Below are positions 1 through 8,178 of a DNA stretch of 33,454 nt, piece by piece; the first letter of the stretch is position 1, and each line of letters begins with the position of its first letter. This DNA comes from Thermoanaerobaculia bacterium. GTDB taxonomy: Bacteria; Acidobacteriota; Thermoanaerobaculia; Multivoradales; UBA5704. The stretch spans positions 1 to 33,454 of the forward strand of contig JBGAGQ010000069.1 of NCBI GenBank assembly GCA_044226625.1, read 5' to 3'. A program made the translations under genes and the position numbers. Below the pieces are notes generated by a model. That model was not told the origin of the DNA. It was given only the letters and a program-made list of their open reading frames with translations, and ran no database searches.

Positions 1-60
1 GATAGGTCGCGGCGGCCAAATCGCGTAGGCTTCGGCCCGTTTCTTGAAGATCCGAGGGAG

Positions 61-1422
61 ATGCCGATGCCCAAGCGTCGGGAGCCCAATGTACCGACCC
101 GCCGGGAGCTGCTCCAGGGGGCGGCCGCGCTGAGCTTCACGGGAGCCGGAGCGCTCCGGCTCGCTGGCCGAAAGGAAGAGAGCGCGATGTCCGAGACGCC
201 CGCCGAGCCGCAAGCCGTTCCGCCTACGGCGGCGAAAACAGACCCGAGCCCGGTTCGGCGCCACGCGCTCAAGAAGGTCGCGGTGATCGGCGCCGGCTCG
301 TTCGGCGGTTGGACGGCGCTCTCCCTGCTTCGGCGCGGCGTCTCGGTCACGCTGCTCGACGCCTGGGGCCCCGGCAATCTGCGCGCTTCCTCCGGCGGCG
401 AGACGCGGGTAATCCGCGGCATGTACGGCGCCGACGCGATCTATGTCGATTGGGTGGTCCGTTCGTTCGAGCTCTGGAAGGATGCGGAGATGCGGCTCGG
501 CCGCCGCTTCTACCATCGGACCGGCGTGCTGTGGATGTTCTCGGTCGACGACGCCTACGCGAAGACCTCGATTCCACTCCTGGAGGCCGTCCATCTTCCC
601 GTCGAAGCGCTGTCGCTCGCCGAAGCGAAGCGCCGCTTCCCGCAGGTCCGCTTCGATGGCGTCCGCTCGGTCTATTTCGAGCCCGAAGCGGGATATCTCA
701 CGGCGCGCCTCGCCTGCCAGGCGGTGGCCGAAGCGTTCGCGGCCGAGGGGGGCGAGATCCGCCGCGTCTCGGCGCGCCCGGGACCGATCGAACACGGCCA
801 CCTCGCCCGGCTCGACCTCGCCGACGGCTCGACGCTCGAAGCGGACGCCTACGTCTTCGCCTGCGGCCCCTGGCTCGGCAAGATCTTTCCGGAGGTGATC
901 GGCGACGGCGTCCGTCCGACGCGTCAGGAGGCGTTCTATTTCGGTCCGCCGGAGGGGGACCGCCGCTTCGACGAGGGGAACCTTCCCATCTGGATCGATT
1001 TCGCGGAGCGGATCTACTACGGTCTGCCCGGCAACCTGGAACGCGGCTTCAAGGCGGCCGACGATACCCGTGGCGAGGCGATCGACCCGACCTCCTCCGA
1101 ACGGAGCGTCACTCCGGCCCGCCTCGCCGAGACGCGTGAGGTGATCGCCCGGCGCTTCCCCGAGATGGCCAAAGCGCCGCTCGTCGGCGCCGAGGTCTGC
1201 CAGTACGAAAACAGCCCCGACGGCCATCTGATCGCGGCCACGCACCCGGAAGCGGAAAACCTCTGGATCTTGGGCGGCGGCTCCGGTCACGGCTACAAGC
1301 TCGGTCCGGCGCTGGGCGAAAACGCCGCCCGGTGGATCGTGGGCGACGCGGCTCCCCCCGCATTGTTCTCGATCGCACGCCTGGCCGAGATCTCGAAACG
1401 GAAGACGCAGTTTTCGAGCTAG
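61..1422 (+). CDS. FAD-dependent oxidoreductase, sarcosine oxidase / N-methyl-amino-acid oxidase-like (DAO family), with Tat-like N-terminus
   Basis: Rossmann motif VIGAGSFG, ASSGGETRVIR, VCQYENSPD (Cys at the MSOX covalent-flavin position), GGGSGHGYKLGP; N-terminal TRRELLQGAAAL; SD GAGGGAG (start 61 or 67). Confidence 0.85.
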   Translation: MPMPKRREPNVPTRRELLQGAAALSFTGAGALRLAGRKEESAMSETPAEPQAVPPTAAKTDPSPVRRHALKKVAVIGAGSFGGWTALSLLRRGVSVTLLDAWGPGNLRASSGGETRVIRGMYGADAIYVDWVVRSFELWKDAEMRLGRRFYHRTGVLWMFSVDDAYAKTSIPLLEAVHLPVEALSLAEAKRRFPQVRFDGVRSVYFEPEAGYLTARLACQAVAEAFAAEGGEIRRVSARPGPIEHGHLARLDLADGSTLEADAYVFACGPWLGKIFPEVIGDGVRPTRQEAFYFGPPEGDRRFDEGNLPIWIDFAERIYYGLPGNLERGFKAADDTRGEAIDPTSSERSVTPARLAETREVIARRFPEMAKAPLVGAEVCQYENSPDGHLIAATHPEAENLWILGGGSGHGYKLGPALGENAARWIVGDAAPPALFSIARLAEISKRKTQFSS

Positions 1423-1572
1423 ATCAATCCGGATCTCGATCTGGTTTCTGGATCTCGGCCGCCCGCCGCGACGTGCGATGATTCCCCTCCCGTAGAAGGG
1501 TCGGTCTACCGTCACGACGAGGAAACGCCCCGATTCCGAGAGGGGCGGCCCCCCGTCGAGAGGAGGAAATCC

Positions 1573-3324
1573 ATGTCGCGATCGATCGCGGCCTCCCGCC
1601 GCGCGCGAGCTTCGTTCCGCGTTCTCGCGCTGCTCATGCCCCTCGGCGGAGCGGCAGTCGCGGCGTCGCCGCCGGAGACGTTTGCGGTCGCGGGCAGCGT
1701 GCTGCCGGTCGCGGGGGCGAGCGCTCCTCCTTCCACCATGGTCGTGGAGCTTCGACCGGCGTTTCCCGATTTCGAAGCGCAGCGGGCAGCCGTCCACGGC
1801 GACAGGTCAACCCCCTTGACGGCCGCGCGGGTCGCCGCCGATGGCACGTACCTACTGATCGTGCCAAAGCCCGGCGTGTACCGCCTCGACGCGCGAGCCG
1901 ACGGGTTTCGCACGCTCACGATTCCACGGACACCGCTGGTCGAGCCGACGCTCCTGCCGCCGCTCACGCCGATCTCCGCTCTACCGTTGGCGCTCCAGGT
2001 GCTCGACTCGTCGGGCCGACCCGCCGCCGGCGCCACCGTACGAATCGCGCCGGTCGACGCCGGCGGGAGCGCGGACGATCCCGGCGGCTGGCGCCCAACA
2101 GACGAGCCCGCCTTCGCCGATGCCGACGGGCGAGCCGTCGTTCGCCGGCCGGCGAAGGTCAAGGTTCGGGTGGACGCCGAATCGGCGGACGCCGTCGGCT
2201 CGGTCGAGGTCGAGCCCGACGCCGGGTGGAGCGTCTTGACGATGGCGGCCCGGCCGGGCCTGATCCTCTCCGTGCGCGACGCCGCGGGGCGGGCCGCCGC
2301 GGGCGCCCTGGTCTATTCGGCCGGCCGCGCCGTCGCCGTGGTCGGCGACGACGGCCGCGCGGAGATCGCCGCGCCGGCCCTGGACCGCGGCCCGCTCCTC
2401 CTCCTCGCCGAGAACGGCGAGTGGGCCGAGGTCAAGGCACCCCCACGCGGCGGGAAGTCTCCGCTCTCGATCCGGCTCGCTCCGCCGAAGAAAGCCCGCG
2501 TCCGGGTGCTCACGTCGGATTCCGGCCAACCGCTCCCCGGGGCCGTGGCCTGGACGAGCGGTAATCCCGGACCCGGGCGCGACGCGACGCCCGACGCCCG
2601 CGGCAGCTTCGAGATCCTCGTCGCCGCGGCGCGGCCGGCGGTGTTCGGCGCCGCGGCGAAGGGTTACCTGCCCCGAGAGGCTCCCGCTCCGGCCTCGGGC
2701 GCGCCGGTCGATCTTCGCCTCGAACGCGCGGCGGTCTTCCCCGGGGCCGCCGCCGTGTCGGGCGTCGTGGTCGACATCCGTGGCATTCCAATCGCCGGAG
2801 CCGAGCTCTACGCCGTCCGTACCGCGCAGACCCGGGTCCAGGGGCATCGGCCCCAGGAGCGGTTCGCGGAAAGCCTGGGAGCGACGAGCCAGACGGGGGG
2901 CTTTCTCGGCGAAGGTCTGGTCCCCGGCCGGTTCGACCTGCTCGCGCGCGCCAAGGGGTTCGTACCCGGACGGGTAGGCGACCTCAACCTCCGGCCGGGC
3001 CAACGGCTCTTTGGGGTGCGAATCGTGTTGATCGACGGCGTCCGTGTCGAGGGGAAGGTCACCGACCCGGACGGCCACCCGATCGAAGGAGCGGCGATCG
3101 AAGCGGGAAAGATCCTTCCTCCCGGCATCCCGGTCGCCGAGGTCGAGCGACCGGGCAACTCCGCCGTCACCGATCGCGACGGCCGCTTCACGCTCCTGGG
3201 GCTCGAGACGGGAACCTACCGCGTCTGGGCGGAGAGTCCGCAGGGCGATGCGAGCGGCACCTTCGAAGCGACCAAGGAAGGCGGCCGGATCGACCTCCAG
3301 ATCGCACCGCCCGCTAAGCGCTGA
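1573..3324 (+). CDS. Secreted protein with tandem carboxypeptidase-regulatory-like (transthyretin-like beta-sandwich) domains
   Basis: SD AGGAGG; hydrophobic signal; repeated G-x-V-x-D-x-x-G-x-P-I-x-G-A ... TDxDGRF motifs (VSGVVVDIRGIPIAGA, VEGKVTDPDGHPIEGA...TDRDGRFTLLGL). Confidence 0.75.
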   Translation: MSRSIAASRRARASFRVLALLMPLGGAAVAASPPETFAVAGSVLPVAGASAPPSTMVVELRPAFPDFEAQRAAVHGDRSTPLTAARVAADGTYLLIVPKPGVYRLDARADGFRTLTIPRTPLVEPTLLPPLTPISALPLALQVLDSSGRPAAGATVRIAPVDAGGSADDPGGWRPTDEPAFADADGRAVVRRPAKVKVRVDAESADAVGSVEVEPDAGWSVLTMAARPGLILSVRDAAGRAAAGALVYSAGRAVAVVGDDGRAEIAAPALDRGPLLLLAENGEWAEVKAPPRGGKSPLSIRLAPPKKARVRVLTSDSGQPLPGAVAWTSGNPGPGRDATPDARGSFEILVAAARPAVFGAAAKGYLPREAPAPASGAPVDLRLERAAVFPGAAAVSGVVVDIRGIPIAGAELYAVRTAQTRVQGHRPQERFAESLGATSQTGGFLGEGLVPGRFDLLARAKGFVPGRVGDLNLRPGQRLFGVRIVLIDGVRVEGKVTDPDGHPIEGAAIEAGKILPPGIPVAEVERPGNSAVTDRDGRFTLLGLETGTYRVWAESPQGDASGTFEATKEGGRIDLQIAPPAKR

Positions 3325-3419
3325 TCGATTCCTCGTTCCCGACCCGGGCACGAGAGCTCGGGCTCGGAATCCGCTTCCGGGCCGTGAGTCCCGTGTAGGA
3401 GGCCCGCGGAGTCATCGCC

Positions 3420-6134
3420 TCATGGGAGCGCGCTTCCCGCGAGCGGCAGCTTCCACAGCTCGTACCCTTCCTGCGGCCGGCCGGCGTTGAAATAGAGGTC
3501 GCCCCCGAAGGCTTCGAAGTCCCGCGGGCTCGAGGCCAGGGGTCCGGCGAGGACGTCCGCGGAGAGATGGGTCCCCTCCGGGGTGCCGTCGGTCGTCCAG
3601 ACCTCCAGGCCATGGACGCCGTCGTCGGCGGCGAAGACGGCGCGGTCTCCCACCCCGCGGATCGCTTGAGGGAACGAGCCGCGCGGTCCGGGATAGATCT
3701 CGAGGCGCCGCGTCCCCTCGGACGTGCCGTCACTGATCCACAGCTCGCGGCCGTGGAGCCCGTCGTCGGCCGAGAAGAGCAGCCGCTCGCCCAGCGCCGC
3801 GAAATCGCTCGGCGACGACGAGGCCGTGCCCGGAGCGAGGTCGGCCACCCGAAGGGTCCCTTCGGGCGAGCCGTCGCTCACCCAGAGCTCTCGGCCGAGA
3901 GAGGCCGACTCGACGCTGAAGAAGAGCCGATCCCCCACGGCGATCAACTCCTCCCCGATCGACAGCCGATCCTCCCCCGGCCCCTCGAGCACCGCGCGGG
4001 TCCCCGCGGCCGTTCCGTCGCTGACCCAAAGCGCACCGCGCGGCCCCTGCTCGTCGAATCGAACAAAGGTCTTGCTCCCCGCGGTGACGACCTGACGCAC
4101 CTCGAACGATCTGGGCGCCGAGATCCGTGCGAGCGGGTGCGTTCCCGAAACCGTGCCGTCGGTTTTCGACAGGGGCAGCAGACGGTCCGGGAAGGAGTCC
4201 GGAAACTCCTGCAAGAGGTAGCGAAGGCCCCCTTCCTCGGGCGCGGTCCAAACTCGGAAGGAGCCATGGAGCGGCGGGATTCGGTTCGAGGCCGGGACCA
4301 CCGCCCGCGTACCCTCCTCCGTGCCGTCGCTGGTGAACACCCAGACCTTGCCGTCTCCCGGGTCCTCGCCCGACGCCCGGGTCGCGAGGAAGATCGAAAG
4401 TCCGTCGCCGTTCGTGAATCCAACCGGAAAGCCGATCGAATGGGCCGGCGCGACCTCGTTCGCCGTCCGCCCGTCGGTCCAGCCGAACCAGCCGTCGGGG
4501 CCGTATTGGAACACTCCCCCCGCGCCGCGCACGAGCCTCGCCGCGGCGAAGGAGCTCGTGGGAGAACCGGCCAGAGGCTCCGTGCCTTGCGCGCGGCCGT
4601 CGGACCGCCAAACCTCCGATCCGCTGGCTTCGGGATCGACCGTGAAGACGAGCCCGTCCTTCGCCGCCGTGAGCTGCCGGGGGTTGGACGAGCGCTCCGG
4701 CCGAGCGAGATCGAAGACGCGCGTGCCCGCGACCGTACCGTCGGTGATCCCCAACCCTTCGCCCAAGTCGCCGTCGAGCGTGCCAGAGAAATAGACCCGA
4801 GAGCCCACCGGCTGGAGGGCCACGGCGCCGGGGCCGAGATCGCGAAGACGCAGGACGTTCCCGGTTCTCGCCTCGACAGCGAACAGCGTGGCGTGCGACT
4901 CACCCGCCAGATAGGCGATGAAGAACAGGCGGCCTCGGTGGAACCGGCCGCCGTAAATGCCGAATCCGGTCGCGGCGCGGCCCGGGGAGAGATCGGCCAC
5001 CAGGTGGGTCGAGTGCGGGGTCCCGTCCGTTTGCCAAAGCTCGGTGCCGTGCTCGCCGTCGTCCGCGGCGAAATAGAGGCGCGACCCCGCGGCCGCGACG
5101 ATCTCGGCCTTGCCCAACCCGCGCGCGGCTCCCGCGGCGCGGACCGGTACTGTACCGTGGGTCGTGCCGTCGGTCTTCCACAGCTGTCGCCTCCCGCGCT
5201 CGTCGAACGCGGTGAAATAGACCCGATTCCCTGCGGCTACGAATTCCGAAGGGAACGAAGGCTCACTCCCGGGCACGACATCTCGAAGCCGGTGCGTCCC
5301 GCGCGGGCTGCCGTCGCTCACCCACGGCTCGCAATTCTGGCGCTCGACCTCACCGCCGTAGACGACCAAACGACCGAGCCGCGCCCAGTCGCCGCAGGGA
5401 ACGATCGGCGTGCTGCGCGGTCGCGTACCGGCTTCCGTGCCGTCGGTCGACCAGAGCGCTCCGCGCCACGTGAAGGAATGAATTCCCGGATCGTCGTCGA
5501 CCACCGGCCAGAGGTAGTTGATCGGTAGGTTTCCGCCATCGTAGCGCCCCGGAAGGGGGGCGATCCGGTGCGTACCCGCGCGGGTGCCGTCGGAAAACCA
5601 AAGGCCCCACGCCTGCCGATGGCGCTCGTTGACCAGGAAGACGATGCCACCGCGAAACGGTGCCCAATACGAGAGGGGCAGCAGCAGGCCGAAACCCGGG
5701 ATCTGCATGTCGACGAGCGGATAGGTCCCGTCCGGGGTACCGTCCGAACGCCAAAGCCAGTAGGAATCTCCGCCGAAGGTCGCGTTGCCGGCAACGAAGA
5801 CGAGGTTGTCGCCGGCCCTTGTCAGCAGAAACGGGTTGCCCGCGCAGCGCCCCGGGCAGAGGTCGGCGAATCGCTTCGTACCGGCGGGCGTTCCGTCGGT
5901 CGACCAGAGCTCGTAGCCCTGAAAACCGTCGTCCGCGCCGAAGAAGTCGCGGCTTCCCAGTCGAACCGGCAGGCTGCCGTACGAGCCGGGCGAGAACGCC
6001 GGCCCGGTCGCGATGTCCTCGACCAACTGAGCGCCCTGCGCGCGAAGCGGCGGAGAGCCGGCGAGCCAAGCGATCAGGAAGGTCCACGTCGAAAATCGAA
6101 GCCCGCTCACGAAAAGCGACCGAGAACTGCGCAT
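3420..6134 (-). CDS. ELWxxDGT repeat protein (secreted beta-propeller-like)
   Basis: Many ELWSTDGT/ELWQTDGT/ELWVSDGS/ELWISDGT repeats preceded by F-x-A-D-D-G-x-H-G; signal peptide; SD GGGAGGGA; C-terminal GYELWK. Confidence 0.9.
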   Translation of the reverse strand: MRSSRSLFVSGLRFSTWTFLIAWLAGSPPLRAQGAQLVEDIATGPAFSPGSYGSLPVRLGSRDFFGADDGFQGYELWSTDGTPAGTKRFADLCPGRCAGNPFLLTRAGDNLVFVAGNATFGGDSYWLWRSDGTPDGTYPLVDMQIPGFGLLLPLSYWAPFRGGIVFLVNERHRQAWGLWFSDGTRAGTHRIAPLPGRYDGGNLPINYLWPVVDDDPGIHSFTWRGALWSTDGTEAGTRPRSTPIVPCGDWARLGRLVVYGGEVERQNCEPWVSDGSPRGTHRLRDVVPGSEPSFPSEFVAAGNRVYFTAFDERGRRQLWKTDGTTHGTVPVRAAGAARGLGKAEIVAAAGSRLYFAADDGEHGTELWQTDGTPHSTHLVADLSPGRAATGFGIYGGRFHRGRLFFIAYLAGESHATLFAVEARTGNVLRLRDLGPGAVALQPVGSRVYFSGTLDGDLGEGLGITDGTVAGTRVFDLARPERSSNPRQLTAAKDGLVFTVDPEASGSEVWRSDGRAQGTEPLAGSPTSSFAAARLVRGAGGVFQYGPDGWFGWTDGRTANEVAPAHSIGFPVGFTNGDGLSIFLATRASGEDPGDGKVWVFTSDGTEEGTRAVVPASNRIPPLHGSFRVWTAPEEGGLRYLLQEFPDSFPDRLLPLSKTDGTVSGTHPLARISAPRSFEVRQVVTAGSKTFVRFDEQGPRGALWVSDGTAAGTRAVLEGPGEDRLSIGEELIAVGDRLFFSVESASLGRELWVSDGSPEGTLRVADLAPGTASSSPSDFAALGERLLFSADDGLHGRELWISDGTSEGTRRLEIYPGPRGSFPQAIRGVGDRAVFAADDGVHGLEVWTTDGTPEGTHLSADVLAGPLASSPRDFEAFGGDLYFNAGRPQEGYELWKLPLAGSALP

Positions 6135-6325
6135 TGCGCTCCCTCCCGCAAACTGTGACGAAACACCGGAGGTAGCCAGTGTATCCCCCGCATCTCAGTC
6201 GCTGAGAGAGGCTTCCTCCCAGGCCGGCTGACCTGAAAACCTCGAAGGGCGCAGCCCGTCCCAACCCTCGCGCGAGCCATTCCTGCCGGCGCCGTTGGAG
6301 TTACTGCAAACGGCGGTTTCCGGTT

Positions 6326-6529
6326 CTAGGTCTGCTTCTGATACCAGGTCGTGAGCGTCCTCGCCCAGTATCGCGGCACGTCGTGCTCCCCTTGCAGGTG
6401 CGCCACGACGTCGTTGGATTTCTTCCCCGTGGCACCGAAGGCGTCGAGGACCTTGCGCCAATGGTCGAGCGCCTTACCGGTCTTTTCGATGACCTGCTCG
6501 TCCGTCACATTCCAGTAGTCGGTTTTCAT
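6326..6529 (-). CDS. Small DUF4287-like protein
   Basis: EKTGKALDHW...VAHLQGEHDVPRYWA pattern resembles DUF4287; SD GGAGG favours ATG 6529 (alternative 6535). Confidence 0.65.
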   Translation of the reverse strand: MKTDYWNVTDEQVIEKTGKALDHWRKVLDAFGATGKKSNDVVAHLQGEHDVPRYWARTLTTWYQKQT

Positions 6530-6644
6530 CGGCATCCTCCCGTCGGAGCGGACAGAGAGACGAGGTTCTCGCTGACTCTACATCCGGCCATCAGGCGGAA
6601 GGATACGCCGGCGAGATCGAAGACTTACCCGCTACCGAGACCAG

Positions 6645-6675
6645 TTGCACTCGCTTTAGCGAATTAAGGTACCCT
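6645..6675 (+). promoter_or_regulatory. Putative sigma-70 promoter of the peptide gene (TTGCAC-N19-TACCCT) with an internal dyad TCGCT-TT-AGCGA
   Basis: Hexamers read directly in a locally AT-rich patch about 75 nt upstream of ATG 6749. Confidence 0.35.
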
Positions 6676-6748
6676 CTCGCAAGAAACTTGTCCTCCCGCC
6701 GAAATCCGGGAGGGCATACCGCGGACATCCTTCCGAAAGGGGAACACC

Positions 6749-6901
6749 ATGAAGAAAGTCGCCGCGAAGAAACTGACCCTCAGCAGGGAGACGCTCCTCG
6801 CCCTGAAGGACGCGGAGCTCCGAGTCGCCGACGGCGGCTTGACCCTCGGCACCTGCTACAACTCCTGTCCTGGAACCACCTGCGGCACCCGCTACTGCTG
6901 A
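6749..6901 (+). CDS. RiPP (lanthipeptide-like) precursor, 50 aa: MKKVAAKKLTLSRETLLALKDAELRVADGG-LTLGTCYNSCPGTTCGTRYC
   Basis: Hand translation (absent from the ORF track); SD AAAGGGGA; KKLTLSRETL leader motif; ELxxxxGG double-Gly site; 20-aa core with 4 Cys, 5 Thr, 1 Ser. Confidence 0.85.
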   Translation: MKKVAAKKLTLSRETLLALKDAELRVADGGLTLGTCYNSCPGTTCGTRYC

Positions 6902-6917
6902 GACCTGGTTCTCGATT

Positions 6918-6954
6918 CGTCCGCCGGCGGTGCGGAACCGCGAGCCGGCGGACG
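6918..6954 (+). terminator. Strong GC hairpin 3' of the peptide gene (terminator or mRNA stabiliser)
   Basis: CGTCCGCCGGC...GCCGGCGGACG perfect 11-bp inverted repeat with inner GCGG/CCGC stem; no U-tract. Confidence 0.5.
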
Positions 6955-7106
6955 CCTCAGCCCCCAACGGAGCACGATCTTTCCCACCTCCGACCTTTGA
7001 ATCCGATGGATCGACCGGTTCTGCTCGATCTCGACGCCTGGGCGGCGGTACCCAGGAGTTTTGGGCCCCGAGCACGCCCGAAAATGTGTGCGGTTGGTTG
7101 GGACGT

Positions 7107-7589
7107 GGGTACGGGGCGCCGGGATTTGGGGAGAAGGCGTTGTGTTTTGGGTAGAGGGCGTTGGGATTTGGGTACGGCCCGCTGGGCTCTGGGTACGGCC
7201 CACTGGGCTTTGGGTAGGAGGCGTCGGGAATTGGGTAGGGCGCGTTGGGCTGCGGGTACGGGGCGCCGGGAACCGGGTACAGCGCGTCGGGCTTTGGGTA
7301 CGGCCCACTGGGCTTTGGGTAGGAGGCGTCGGGAATTGGGTAGGGCGCGTCGGGCTGCGGGTACGGTTCGCCGGGAATCGGGTACGGTTCGCCGGGAATC
7401 GGGTACGGTGCGCCGGGAATCGGGTACAGCGCGTTGGGCTTTGGGTACGGCCCGCTGGGCTTTGGGTACAGCGCGTTGGACTTTTGGCAGAGGGCGTCGA
7501 GCCTTGGGTCGAGCACGTTGGGAGGCGGGTTCGGCAGATTCGTCTTCTAAGTCACCGCGTTGGGCTTTGGGTACGGTCCGCGCGAAATT
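7107..7589. repeat. Degenerate 21-bp tandem array, 23 in-register units, consensus approx. GGGTACGGNGCGYYGGGMWTY
   Basis: Units such as GGGTACGGCCCACTGGGCTTT, GGGTAGGAGGCGTCGGGAATT and GGGTACGGTTCGCCGGGAATC start at 7107+21n; the register is kept to 7589; a further degenerate unit lies at 7086. Confidence 0.92.
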
Positions 7590-8178
7590 GGACAAAGTCC
7601 GGCCGGCTCCCTGGCTTCTCCGCCGCTCCGCCCGCCGCGCAAAGCGGGCACTCCTCCGCCTTGAAGGCCGGCAGGTTCAGCTCCAGCAGCGAAGCGAACG
7701 GCACCCCGAACGGCTCCGCTCCCGCCGTTCGGTCGATGATGGCGCCGATCGCCACCACCTTCGCTCCGGCGGCTTCAGCCAGCCTTGCAGTTTCCAGAGT
7801 CGATTTACCCGTGGTCACGACGTCTTCGACGATCGCGACCCGCTCGCCGGGGCGTAGCGCGAAACCGCGTCGAATCTCGAGCTCGGTCCCTTTTCGTTCC
7901 GCGAATCGAAATGGGACGTCCAGCGCGGACGCCACTTCGTGCCCGATGATCACTCCGCCGAGCGCGGGAGACAGGATCGAGTCAAGGCCGTAAGCGCGTA
8001 GCTTCTCGCCGAGAGCCGTCCCGACCTCGCGGGCGCGGCGGGGATGCTCCAGCAGTAACGCGCACTGGACGTAGGCCGAGGAGTGGAGGCCCGAGGAGAG
8101 CTGGAAGTGGCCGCGCTTGAGCGCGCCGCTCTCTTCGAGGAGTCGGGTGACGTCCGTCGCTTCCGCCGTCTCAGTCAT
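7552..8178 (-). CDS. pyrE: Orotate phosphoribosyltransferase
   Basis: GHFQLSSGLHSSAYVQC, PRPP-binding motif VAIVEDVVTTGKS, C-terminal ECPLC..KPGSR; ATG 8178 overlaps the upstream stop (ATGACTGA). Confidence 0.93.
   Translation of the reverse strand: MTETAEATDVTRLLEESGALKRGHFQLSSGLHSSAYVQCALLLEHPRRAREVGTALGEKLRAYGLDSILSPALGGVIIGHEVASALDVPFRFAERKGTELEIRRGFALRPGERVAIVEDVVTTGKSTLETARLAEAAGAKVVAIGAIIDRTAGAEPFGVPFASLLELNLPAFKAEECPLCAAGGAAEKPGSRPDFVQFRADRTQSPTR

Noticed and set aside
6645-6660. Sigma-54 promoter for the peptide gene (TTGCAC...TTAGC)
   Set aside because: Lacks the invariant GG and the GG-N10-GC spacing.
7107-7589. CRISPR array
   Set aside because: Contiguous 21-bp units without unique spacers and no cas genes; the same applies to 31806-32099.
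6656-7993. Long overlapping ORFs (6656-7516, 6688-7857, 6957-7595, 7061-7993) as confident genes
   Set aside because: Open frames result from the stop-free repeat; weak starts, and they overlap pyrE or the peptide gene.
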